Assembly: GCA_045600105.1 (NCBI GenBank)
Contig: JAZRXG010000007.1
Coordinates: forward strand, 5,270 to 69,269
DNA length: 64,000 nt
Direction: 5' to 3'
DNA from: Eubacteriales bacterium
Lineage (GTDB): Bacteria > Bacillota > Clostridia > Oscillospirales > CAG-382
Part shown: one piece after another, positions 49,426-58,499 of the stretch
Position numbering within the stretch: the stretch's first letter is position 1
Layout: each line of letters starts with the position of its first letter
Notes under the pieces: generated by a model
Databases searched by the model: none
What the model was told of the DNA's origin: nothing
Seen by the model: the letters and a program-made list of their open reading frames with translations, nothing else
Position numbers and translations under genes: made by a program

Positions 49426-51124
49426 ATCTTCTTATGATAAGATAAGCGATAAGAGAGATGAACGAGAGGATGGAAACGATGACGCATATCTTTCTGAGCG
49501 TCGTTCCGGTATATTCGACGACGACTGTTCCTTTTTCGGTCGAGCCGATAAGTACACGGACCGCGCAGGTGTTGTCGGCGTAAGTGACCTCTGCGGGCTT
49601 GCCGTCTATTTTTGCGGTATAGCCCTTGTACATAAGGAGCGGAACGTCGATATAAGTATCGCTGTCCCGGTTTCCGCAGAAATCCACGGTTATCACGTTG
49701 AAATCACGGCTGAACGAGATCAGGTTTATCGGAATGTTGTTTGACGATACCGTTTCGCCTCTTTTGAGTATTCTCGATTTCATCGTTGAAGCCGAAATAC
49801 GTTTGCCCGTTTTCGGGTCTTCGAGCGTCGGCATATATTCGCCGCCGCTGATCGTATTTTTGTAGTTGAATTCAACCTTTTCGTCTTTGGAATACTTGTT
49901 GTACATATTATTGAATTTCACTACGCCGGTGGTATAGTACAGAAAAACCGAAAAGCCCATCACCGCAAGTGCCGCAAAGAGTGCGGCTTTTTTGCTGCTT
50001 GCCGACGTAATGAACGCGCAAGCGGAAAGCGCGAATAAGAACGTCACGAAAATAAACAGTCTCCAGGGGAACTGAAGAGAACCCAGGAACGATTGGACGG
50101 AATCCCACGGAAAAGCGTTCGTGGTGCAAAAAAGCGTGATGATCCCGGCAAGGAAGAGCGGCCAGGCGCATTTTCCGACTGGTTTTTTTCTGATCTCGCT
50201 TATGATGAGAAAAGCGAATATCACTATCGGCAGAAGCCCAAAGCCGTTTGGTATCCAGGGGTCATTCGTTCTCATCGTCACGAACGGCGAAAGCAGAGCG
50301 TCCGCCGGCATCGCGCGGGATGAAAGCGTGCCCCATTGTACGGCGGCGCTTCCGTCGGTTATCGCAAGCTCGTGACCTCCCATCTGCTCGAGAAGCGGGA
50401 AAATGAAGAACGCGCTCAGGCAGAGGAACACGGCGGCGGAGATCGCGATGACCGCAAGGCGTTTCGGCTTTTCGATGAACCGTTTGATGAGAATGAGCGA
50501 AAAGATGACGAGGAACACAACGCAGAAGACCGACGTTATAACGTGCGACAGCAGGCATCCCGCAAGACCGATGGAAAGCAAATACCACTTTTTACCGTCC
50601 TCGCATACTATCGAATAGAATCCGTAGGCTATCAGCGGGATGAATGCAAATGTCTGCAGCTCGCCTATTGCCACGCGTGTGATGAGATCAACGCAGAAAT
50701 ACGACGAAAACGTATACGTTATCGCCGCGGTCAGAGCTCCGAGCCTGCTGCCGAACATCTTTTTTGAACAGTAATAGGAGGCAAACGCGGTGAACGTCGT
50801 TATCATCATAATGAACACGCGCAGCGAGGTTTCGACCTGCATACCCATAACGACGAGCAGTCCGGGGATGTGCAGGAAGATATCACCGTAGAAAAGAGGA
50901 GACGCATAGCCGTATCCGTTCAAATGCGTATAATATATCGGAGACAGCAATTTTCCGTGACGGATGTTTTCGGCTATGCAGTCGATCCTGCTCAGGTGAA
51001 AATTGAGGTCGTGTCCCGTGTATATCTGCGTGAACGAGAGCGGATATATACACAGCACGAACACCGCCGCGGCGAGAATGAGCGGGTATTTGTTTTTTTT
51101 GATAAAGTCTGTTATCTTTGTCAT
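49358..51124 (-). CDS. Multi-pass membrane protein, YfhO/PTPS-related GT-C-like
   Basis: GHDLNFHLSRI, GYGYASPLFYG, LQFPWRL, GEYMP, VPLLMYKGY. Confidence 0.85.
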   Translation of the reverse strand: MTKITDFIKKNKYPLILAAAVFVLCIYPLSFTQIYTGHDLNFHLSRIDCIAENIRHGKLLSPIYYTHLNGYGYASPLFYGDIFLHIPGLLVVMGMQVETSLRVFIMMITTFTAFASYYCSKKMFGSRLGALTAAITYTFSSYFCVDLITRVAIGELQTFAFIPLIAYGFYSIVCEDGKKWYLLSIGLAGCLLSHVITSVFCVVFLVIFSLILIKRFIEKPKRLAVIAISAAVFLCLSAFFIFPLLEQMGGHELAITDGSAAVQWGTLSSRAMPADALLSPFVTMRTNDPWIPNGFGLLPIVIFAFLIISEIRKKPVGKCAWPLFLAGIITLFCTTNAFPWDSVQSFLGSLQFPWRLFIFVTFLFALSACAFITSASSKKAALFAALAVMGFSVFLYYTTGVVKFNNMYNKYSKDEKVEFNYKNTISGGEYMPTLEDPKTGKRISASTMKSRILKRGETVSSNNIPINLISFSRDFNVITVDFCGNRDSDTYIDVPLLMYKGYTAKIDGKPAEVTYADNTCAVRVLIGSTEKGTVVVEYTGTTLRKICVIVSILSFISLIAYLIIRRFIPRKAPTPSRTYIPAHEATGL

Positions 51125-51148
51125 TTCTTCATATCCGGAAAAACGGTT

Positions 51149-51937
51149 TCAGTTGAGTTTTATTGCCTTCATCGGGCAGGCTTCGGCACACGCTCCGCAG
51201 CCGGTGCATTTTTCGGTGTTGACCGAGGCGCGGTTGTTCACCATGGTGATCGCCTCATTCGGGCAGGTCTTCACGCATTTCGTGCAGCCGATGCAGCCCG
51301 CGGTGCAGGCGGCTCTCGTTTCGGCGCCCTTGTCCTCGTTGCGGCAGGCGACTTTTGCGACGTCACCGGCGACCACGAGAGAAATGAGGTTCTTGGGGCA
51401 GGTCTTCACGCACATACCGCAGCCGCGGCACTTGGAGCAATCGACCTTGGCAACGCCGTTGACGATGGAAATGGCGTTGTACTGGCAGGCTTCCACGCAG
51501 TCACCGTGACCGAGGCAGCCGTATTTGCACTTGGTTTCGCCGAGGCAGACGAGCTTTGCGCCGCGGCAGGTCTGAACGCCTCTGTAATCAACGGTTTTCG
51601 GAGTGCAGTCGGGGTGTCCCGAGCAGTGCACGAACGCGACCTTTTTCCGGGTGGACGCGGCTTCGACTCCGAGGATGGCGCATATCTTTTTCACGCCCTC
51701 TTCGCCGCCCACGGGGCAAAGGGTGGTTTTGACTTTTCCGGTGGCGAGCGCCTTGGCGTAATCCGCGCATCCCGCAAACGAGCAGGAACCGCAGTTTGCG
51801 CCGGGAAGCACGTCGAGCAGCTTCTGTTCGGTCTCATTGACCTTGACATGGAACACTATCGACGCGATGCCGAGTCCGATACCGGCGATAAGGCCGATGG
51901 AAACGACGACTATTACAGCAGTAAGAATAGGACTCAT
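51149..51937 (-). CDS. rnfB: Rnf complex subunit B
   Basis: LPGANCGSCSFAGC and multiple CxxCxxCxxxCP motifs. Confidence 0.95.
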   Translation of the reverse strand: MSPILTAVIVVVSIGLIAGIGLGIASIVFHVKVNETEQKLLDVLPGANCGSCSFAGCADYAKALATGKVKTTLCPVGGEEGVKKICAILGVEAASTRKKVAFVHCSGHPDCTPKTVDYRGVQTCRGAKLVCLGETKCKYGCLGHGDCVEACQYNAISIVNGVAKVDCSKCRGCGMCVKTCPKNLISLVVAGDVAKVACRNEDKGAETRAACTAGCIGCTKCVKTCPNEAITMVNNRASVNTEKCTGCGACAEACPMKAIKLN

Positions 51938-51941
51938 TACG

Positions 51942-52571
51942 TTACACCCCCAACAGATTTTCTACGATACCGCCGAAGCCGAGGAACGAAAGCGCGACTA
52001 TCGAAGCGGCGATAAGGGTTATGGGAAGTCCCTTGAGGAACTTGGGTATATCCGCGTCTTCCATCTTCTGTCTGACGCCCGAGAAAAGCACCATCGCCAC
52101 GAGATAACCGACGCCCGAGCCGAGCGCGTTGACGAGTGCGGAAAGGTAACCGTAGCTGCTGCCGTAGATCATGTTGCCGGTCCTGTCGGCGCAGAGCACG
52201 GTGACGGCAAGTACGGCGCAGTTGGTGGTGATGAGGGGGAGATACACGCCGAGCGCCTTGTAAAGGCCGGGTATGTATTTCTTCAGCACGGCTTCGACGA
52301 GCTGAACGAGAGCCGCGATGACGAGGATGAACACGATGGTCTGGAGATATCCGAGATCGAATTTATCGAGTATGTAGTGCTGGATAGGCCAGGTAACGGC
52401 TACCGCCATCGTCATGACGAAGGTGACGGCAAGCGACATACCTACCGCGGTGTTGAGCTTTTTGGAAACGCCGAGGAACGGGCAGATACCGATGGACTGC
52501 GAAAGAACGTAGTTTTCGGTGAGTATGGACGAAAGAGCGATGGCGAGGAGAGAAATAAGTGCGCTGTTCAT
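51942..52571 (-). CDS. rnfA: Rnf complex subunit A
   Basis: GICPFLGVSKK, LPLITTNCAVL. Confidence 0.95.
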   Translation of the reverse strand: MNSALISLLAIALSSILTENYVLSQSIGICPFLGVSKKLNTAVGMSLAVTFVMTMAVAVTWPIQHYILDKFDLGYLQTIVFILVIAALVQLVEAVLKKYIPGLYKALGVYLPLITTNCAVLAVTVLCADRTGNMIYGSSYGYLSALVNALGSGVGYLVAMVLFSGVRQKMEDADIPKFLKGLPITLIAASIVALSFLGFGGIVENLLGV

Positions 52572-53248
52572 TTGTTTTCTTCTCCTTTCGCTTTTTTGTC
52601 ACAGCTGTGGCACATACCCGCCATGGGGCAGCCCGTGCAGCCGGGTTCTTTGTTGGGACGTTTGGCTATCTTGTTGGCGATCGCCATGAGCAGACCGTAT
52701 ACGAAGAAGCCTCCGGCGGTCATGCCGAATATGCCGATGGGTTCGAGTATGGACGGCGTGACGCGGATGCCGAAAACGGTGCCGCTGCCGAGAATCTCAC
52801 GGATGATACCCATCGTGGTGATGGCAAGAGTGAAGCCGCAGCCCATTCCGAGACCGTCGAGGATGGACGGAACGACTTTGTTTTTGGATGCGAACATTTC
52901 GGCTCTGCCGAGGATGATGCAGTTGACGACGATGAGCGGCAGGAAAATGCCGAGCGATTCGTCAAGCGACGGAACGTAAGCCTTGATGAGCATCTGGATA
53001 ACGGACACGAACGACGCGATGACGGTGATGAAGGCGGGGATACGCACCGAGTCGGGGATGAAGCGTTTGAGCAGCGAGATCGCCGCGTTGGAGCAGACGA
53101 GAACGAGGGTGGCGGCAATTCCCATGCCGAGCGAATCGAGCGCCGAGGACGAGATCGCGAGCGTCGGGCAGGTGCCGAGCACGAGCACGAGAGTGGGGTT
53201 CTCTTTGATGAGTCCCTTCGTGAACTCTTTCAGATATCCTTTTTTCAT
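52568..53248 (-). CDS. rnfE: Rnf complex subunit E
   Basis: ENPTLVLVLGTCPTLA, PLIVVNCIILGRAE. Confidence 0.95.
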   Translation of the reverse strand: MKKGYLKEFTKGLIKENPTLVLVLGTCPTLAISSSALDSLGMGIAATLVLVCSNAAISLLKRFIPDSVRIPAFITVIASFVSVIQMLIKAYVPSLDESLGIFLPLIVVNCIILGRAEMFASKNKVVPSILDGLGMGCGFTLAITTMGIIREILGSGTVFGIRVTPSILEPIGIFGMTAGGFFVYGLLMAIANKIAKRPNKEPGCTGCPMAGMCHSCDKKAKGEENK

Positions 53249-53778
53249 TTTGCGTCTCCTCCTTTCACTTCGTTATATTTTTCAACGGCTTCGTTGACCG
53301 CGGCGATGACGCCGTTGGTGGTGCGGGTCGCGCCCGACACTCCGTCAACGTTTTTGCCGTTCACGAACGTTTCGGCGTTTTTGCCGGCAAAGCCGTCCGC
53401 AAGACCGTTGTTTATTGCTTTTCCGCCGACGCTTGCCGTCTCGGAATGCGAAAGCACGCTGACGCCGGTGATCTTTCCGTCGGTGCCGATGCCGGTCATG
53501 ACGGAGATCGCGCCGCCGTAGCCTTTGCCTTCGGTGGTGAAGATGTAGCCGACGACGTTTCCGTTTTCGTCAAGGCAGCAGACGTAGCCGTCTTTTTCCT
53601 CAAACGAGGACGCGGAAGCGAAAATCTCGCTTCTCTGCTTTATTTCGGCGTTTTTCCTGCTTTCTTCGATGGGACCTTTGGTAAGGTCATTGGTGACGGC
53701 GAGAAGCAGCGACGCGACGAGGCAGATGCAGACGAGGGAAAGCGTGGGGTAAAGTATCTTTTTGAAATCGAATTTCAT
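53245..53778 (-). CDS. rnfG: Rnf complex subunit G (FMN-binding)
   Basis: GYGGAI, HSET, DGVSGATRTT flavinylation motif. Confidence 0.92.
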   Translation of the reverse strand: MKFDFKKILYPTLSLVCICLVASLLLAVTNDLTKGPIEESRKNAEIKQRSEIFASASSFEEKDGYVCCLDENGNVVGYIFTTEGKGYGGAISVMTGIGTDGKITGVSVLSHSETASVGGKAINNGLADGFAGKNAETFVNGKNVDGVSGATRTTNGVIAAVNEAVEKYNEVKGGDAK

Positions 53779-54695
53779 TTCTTTTTGCTCCTTTCCTCGC
53801 CGAAGGCCTTCGGGACGAAAAGATTATCGAGCTGGGGAGAAATGATGTTCATAAGGAGAATGGCGTAGGAAACGCCCTCGGGAAGGCTGCCGTAAACACG
53901 GATGAGCACGGTGAACACGCCGCAGCCGACACCGAATATAATTTTTCCGGGGAGCGAGATGGGGGAGGTAGCGTAGTCGGTCGCCATGAATACGGCGCCG
54001 AAGAGCAGACCGCCGGAAAGGACCTGATAAAGCACGTCCTGTCCGCAGATGAGCGACATTATCGCGGCGGTACCCACGAAAGCGACGGGGATGACGGGGG
54101 TGATGACGCGGCGGTAAACGAGATAGGCGAATCCGATGAGGATCGCGAGCGAGCAGGTCTCGCCGATGCAGCCGCCGCAGTTGCCGAGGAAGAGGTCAAG
54201 GTAGCCGTAGGTGCCGTCAGCGGCGGCAAGCGGGGTCGCGGTCGTCACGGCGTCAGCCATGAAATTGGTGTTTCTCCACACGCTGAGCGCGGAGAAGGAA
54301 ACGAGGAGGATTATTCTCGCGGTGCAGGCGGGGTTGGCAATGTTCTTGCCGATGCCGCCGAACATCTGCTTGACTACCGCGATGGCGGCAACGGCGCCGA
54401 AAGCGGCGATGAGCACGTTGCAGTCGGGCGGGAGTATAAGTCCGAGTATCACGCCGGTGACCGCGGCGGAAAGATCGCCAACCGTCTGACGGCGTTTCAT
54501 TATGATGCGGCTTAAATATTCGGTGAGTATCGCGGTCGCGGTGGTGACGGCAACGACGAGAAGAGCGTTGAAGCCGAAAAGCACGACGCCTGCGATGACG
54601 CACGGGCAAAGGGCGATGAGGACGTCAAGCATTATCGAACGGGTGGTGTCCTTGCCTCTGATGTGAGGGGATGACGAAACTATGAGATTGTCCAT
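53775..54695 (-). CDS. rnfD: Rnf complex subunit D
   Basis: SSSPHIR, KQMFGGIGKN, DAVTTATPL, FMATDY. Confidence 0.95.
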   Translation of the reverse strand: MDNLIVSSSPHIRGKDTTRSIMLDVLIALCPCVIAGVVLFGFNALLVVAVTTATAILTEYLSRIIMKRRQTVGDLSAAVTGVILGLILPPDCNVLIAAFGAVAAIAVVKQMFGGIGKNIANPACTARIILLVSFSALSVWRNTNFMADAVTTATPLAAADGTYGYLDLFLGNCGGCIGETCSLAILIGFAYLVYRRVITPVIPVAFVGTAAIMSLICGQDVLYQVLSGGLLFGAVFMATDYATSPISLPGKIIFGVGCGVFTVLIRVYGSLPEGVSYAILLMNIISPQLDNLFVPKAFGEERSKKK

Positions 54696-54713
54696 TCTTC
54701 CGATGCTCCTTTC

Positions 54714-56048
54714 TTATTTCTGCTTGGATTCGCGCAGAGTCGCCTTCGCGAGACGCATCTGCTGGGTGATGTGACGCTTTGCGGGGCAGTTGAACGTGCA
54801 GCATCCGCATTCGATGCAGCTCATTACGTTGAGCTTTTCGAGCGACGCGAGGTCGTTCCTTGCCGCGGCCTTCACGATCTTGACGGGCTGGAGCTTCATC
54901 GGGCAGGAGGAAACGCAGCGTCCGCAGTTGATGCAGTCGGTCTCCTCGGGTATGTCGGCGTCGTCCTCCCTGAACGCGAGGATGGCGTTGTTCTGCTTGA
55001 GCACGGGAGTGGAAACGTCGGAAAGAGAGGTCCCCATCATGGGACCGCCGGAAAGCACCTTGCGGTAATCCTTCGCTTCGCAGAAATCAAGTACGTCCTT
55101 GACGGGCGTGCCTATCGGAACGATCACGTTGCCGTTGTTGCCCACGGCGGAGCCGTCGACGGTGATGCGCTTCGAAACGAGAGGCATACCGGTCTTGAGG
55201 TAGTTGGCGATGAACGAAAGGGTGGTCATATTCATGACGACGCATCCGGCGTCAAGCGGCAGCTTGCCTGTGGGCACGATACGCTTGGTGCAGGCGTAGA
55301 TGAGCATTTTTTCGGCGCCCTGCGGATATTTGGTCTTGAGCTTCAGCACCTTGACTCTGTCGTCGGGGTCGTTGGTCTCGCTTTCGGCGATGTCGTTGAG
55401 CATCTTGATGGCGTCGGGCTTGTTTTCCTCGATGCCGATGATGACGCGCTTGAACGGGATTATGTCGATGAGGGCGTATATCGCGCTCATTATGTTCCAC
55501 GAGTTTTCGAGTATCTCTCTGTGGTCGGACGTTATGTAAGGCTCGCATTCCGCGCCGTTGACGATGAGGGTGTCTGCCTTTTCGGGCGGGATGTTCATTT
55601 TGACGTGCGTCGGGAAGCCCGCGCCGCCGAGACCGACCGCGCCGGATTCGCGGAGAGCGGCGATCAGCTCCTTGGCGTCGTTGACGACGGGAGGCGCGAT
55701 TGAGGGATCGGGCTCCTGCAGACCGTCGGAGTCGATGACGACCGCGTCGCATTTGCTGCCGTTCGGCATTCTTATCTGTGTGATTTTCTTGACCGTTCCC
55801 GAAACGGACGCGTGTATCGGAGCCGATACGAACGACGTCGAATCGCCTATCTTCTGACCGACGTAAACGTGGTCACCTACGGCGACGCAGGGAGCAGCGG
55901 GTGCGCCGATGTGCATCTGCATGGGTATCACTACCTGCGGAGGGATCGGCAGAAAACGCGTTTCTTTATCCGAAGTGCGCTTGAAGTGGGGAACTTTGGC
56001 GCCTCCGTGATTACGGAACGGTTTTGAAGGGAATTTTGCTTTTTCCAT
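54714..56048 (-). CDS. rnfC: Rnf complex subunit C
   Basis: HIGAPA, PIHASVSG, GLGGAGFPT, NGAECEPY, YPQGAEK, two ferredoxin motifs. Confidence 0.96.
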   Translation of the reverse strand: MEKAKFPSKPFRNHGGAKVPHFKRTSDKETRFLPIPPQVVIPMQMHIGAPAAPCVAVGDHVYVGQKIGDSTSFVSAPIHASVSGTVKKITQIRMPNGSKCDAVVIDSDGLQEPDPSIAPPVVNDAKELIAALRESGAVGLGGAGFPTHVKMNIPPEKADTLIVNGAECEPYITSDHREILENSWNIMSAIYALIDIIPFKRVIIGIEENKPDAIKMLNDIAESETNDPDDRVKVLKLKTKYPQGAEKMLIYACTKRIVPTGKLPLDAGCVVMNMTTLSFIANYLKTGMPLVSKRITVDGSAVGNNGNVIVPIGTPVKDVLDFCEAKDYRKVLSGGPMMGTSLSDVSTPVLKQNNAILAFREDDADIPEETDCINCGRCVSSCPMKLQPVKIVKAAARNDLASLEKLNVMSCIECGCCTFNCPAKRHITQQMRLAKATLRESKQK

Positions 56049-56082
56049 TGTTCACTTGACCTTTCGTAATATATATATAAAA

Positions 56083-56586
56083 TTATTTATCTTTATTCAG
56101 CGCCTTTTCGGCGAGATACAGCACCGCTCCGGTGAGGATACCGCAGAGAGTGCCGAAAACGAGCAGATACGGCAGATACCAGAATATCGCGCCGCCGACA
56201 ATGACCGAATAAACGGCGACCTGTGCCGCGTTGTGGCAGGCGGCTCCCACCACTCCGGCGCCGACGCAGCCGAAGCGTCCCTTGCGCGAGCGGAAGATGA
56301 GCACGACCGCGGAAACCGAGCAGAGACCTCCGGCGAGCGACAGCAGAAACGCCGTCACTCCGCGCGTTATCAGCACGAAAAGACTTTTTACGACCGTCAC
56401 CGCGAAAGCCGACGCAAACGACACGTTCTTGGCGGCGATCATCGTCGCGACGTTCGAAAACCCCACCTTCATTCCCGGGGGCAGCAGTGAAGACGACGGA
56501 ACGAGCGACTCGAGCAGCGATACCGCGATGGCGAACGCCGAAAGCAGACCGCTTTTTGCGATGTTTTCAAGACGTTTTCTGTTCAT
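56083..56586 (-). CDS. Gx transporter family membrane protein
   Basis: LESLVP..PGMKVGFSN, SLAGG, GAACHNAAQ. Confidence 0.85.
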   Translation of the reverse strand: MNRKRLENIAKSGLLSAFAIAVSLLESLVPSSSLLPPGMKVGFSNVATMIAAKNVSFASAFAVTVVKSLFVLITRGVTAFLLSLAGGLCSVSAVVLIFRSRKGRFGCVGAGVVGAACHNAAQVAVYSVIVGGAIFWYLPYLLVFGTLCGILTGAVLYLAEKALNKDK

Positions 56587-56957
56587 CCCGTCACCCCGTC
56601 AACGTTCTTTTCGTCTCCGCTTATCCTCACGGATACGCGTGCGGGGGCGCAGACGGCTATCTGACCCGGTCTGCTTATCACGCCGAAATCCATACATATC
56701 CCGTCGGGACATTCGGATGCCGAAAACCTTATACCGTCCTTCGTCACGGTGAAGACGACCTTCAAATCGCCCTCGACTTCAAACGAATATTCTTCTTTTG
56801 CGTTTTCAAGATCTATTTCTTTTACGGTTTTTCCGTCGTATTCTATTATCGCGGTCTTTCCGCCGCCCCGCGAGAACAGGATGAACAGCAGAACGCCGAC
56901 CGCGGCGAGTGCAAGCACGAGTATGACGTCGGCTTTTGAAATCAGCTTGTTCTTCAT
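56583..56957 (-). CDS. NusG domain II-containing protein
   Basis: N-terminal TM; SECPDGICMDFGVISRPGQIAVCAP. Confidence 0.85.
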   Translation of the reverse strand: MKNKLISKADVILVLALAAVGVLLFILFSRGGGKTAIIEYDGKTVKEIDLENAKEEYSFEVEGDLKVVFTVTKDGIRFSASECPDGICMDFGVISRPGQIAVCAPARVSVRISGDEKNVDGVTG

Positions 56958-57943
56958 CCGCCGATCACCTCAAAGGAATCGGCTTCAAAGACGTTTTCAA
57001 GTCCCGAAGTCACGTAAATCTTTCCGTCGTTCGTCACGAACACGGCTTCGGCGGAATGGGACGCGAGGATTGGAAGCGAGCTTTCGATGCCCACGCAGAA
57101 GCACGCGGACGCGAGCGAATCGCTCTCTCCGCCGTCGTCACACACCACGGTGACCGAAACGAGCCCTTTTTCGGCGGGGTATCCCGTCGTCGCGTCGAGC
57201 AGATGGTGATAATTCACGCCGTTCTGCTCAAAGCATTTTTCATAGCTTCCCGAAGTTGAAATGAATTTGTCGGTGACCGTCAGAGTGCCGATAAGCCCGC
57301 TTTTGTCGAACGGGTCTCTCACGCCGACAACAAAAAGGCTGCCGTCGTCTTTTGTGCCGTATACGCCCACGCTGCCGCCGACGGTGACTATCGCGCCCTT
57401 TACTCCGTCTTGCTTATAGACTTCAACGGCTTTTTCGCAGGCTTCACCTTTTCCGACGGCGGAAAGGTCGCACGCCGCACCGTTTTCAAGACGCGCTTTG
57501 CCGTCAATTATGACGACGTTTCCGTACCCGACTTTGTCAAGTTTTTCTTTTATTTCCTCGTCCGTCGGCAGACGGCAGGTCTTTCCGTCGCCGTCGAAGC
57601 CCCAGACCCTCACCACGGGGAGGATCGTGATATCGTAGATGCCGCCCGTCTCTTCCGAAAGAACGAGGGACGACGCGAGGAGGGGAACGACGTCCGTGTC
57701 GTCGACCGTGTCTCCGGCGTTGAGACGTCCGATCACGCTGTTTCCGTCGCGGTACGAGATGCGGGAATCGAGAGAGCTTATTGCGTTCATCGCCTTTTGC
57801 GCCGTGCCGCTTTTGCCGCCGTATATCTTCTGCGTGACGGCGCTGCCCATCGCGTACGAGACGTTTTCCTCCGTTTTTGCCGCGCATCCCGCAAAGAGAA
57901 CGGAAGACAATATAAAGAATATCAAAAAGAGGACTTTTTTCAT
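56954..57943 (-). CDS. apbE: FAD:protein FMN transferase (lipoprotein)
   Basis: Lipobox FAGC; AMGS, DLSAVGKG, STSGSYE, HHLLDATTGYP. Confidence 0.92.
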   Translation of the reverse strand: MKKVLFLIFFILSSVLFAGCAAKTEENVSYAMGSAVTQKIYGGKSGTAQKAMNAISSLDSRISYRDGNSVIGRLNAGDTVDDTDVVPLLASSLVLSEETGGIYDITILPVVRVWGFDGDGKTCRLPTDEEIKEKLDKVGYGNVVIIDGKARLENGAACDLSAVGKGEACEKAVEVYKQDGVKGAIVTVGGSVGVYGTKDDGSLFVVGVRDPFDKSGLIGTLTVTDKFISTSGSYEKCFEQNGVNYHHLLDATTGYPAEKGLVSVTVVCDDGGESDSLASACFCVGIESSLPILASHSAEAVFVTNDGKIYVTSGLENVFEADSFEVIGG

Positions 57944-58208
57944 CCGTACCTCCGTGATCGTCGGGTATCGCGCCGCTTCGGGCAATATGACCGCTTATAC
58001 TTAATCACAATATTATATCACGCGAAGAACGCAAATTCAATAAGAATTTAGCTGAATATTTACCTAAATATATAATAAATCTCTTCCCGTGTTGGTACAG
58101 TGTGACACATTTTTCCAAAACGGATATTATTTGTGATAAAGTCAAACAAATATCAAAATTCACTTGATTTTATGACCGTCATAAACTATAATCAAAGGAG
58201 AAGATATT

Positions 58209-58499
58209 ATGAGCGATTTTGTGCTTGTTTTGTTGTCGTATTTTGCGTCTTTCGGTTTTTTTGCGTTCATCGGAAGGATCGCGAGGGTTTTCGCCTCAAG
58301 AAAAAACGACGAGATATATGTTTATTTTGATAAAGAAAAGACGCTTGACGGCAAGTGGGACGTGCTCATCGCGTCGGACGACGCCGACAGGATACTTGAA
58401 GCATTGAGTGACAAATACGGACGCATATATATTTTACGGGGAGCAGACAGGTGGACGAGGAAAGAAGAGAACGGATCGAAGGAAGCGTTGAAGAAATAA
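58209..58499 (+). CDS. Small membrane-anchored hypothetical protein
   Basis: AAGGAG RBS, ATG, N-terminal hydrophobic helix; its 3' end overlaps recD2. Confidence 0.6.
   Translation: MSDFVLVLLSYFASFGFFAFIGRIARVFASRKNDEIYVYFDKEKTLDGKWDVLIASDDADRILEALSDKYGRIYILRGADRWTRKEENGSKEALKK

Noticed and set aside
58131-58150. Possible Rex operator (TTGTGATAAAGTCAAACAA) upstream of apbE-rnf
   Set aside because: Only the left half matches TTGTGAA-N4-TTCACAA; too weak to call.
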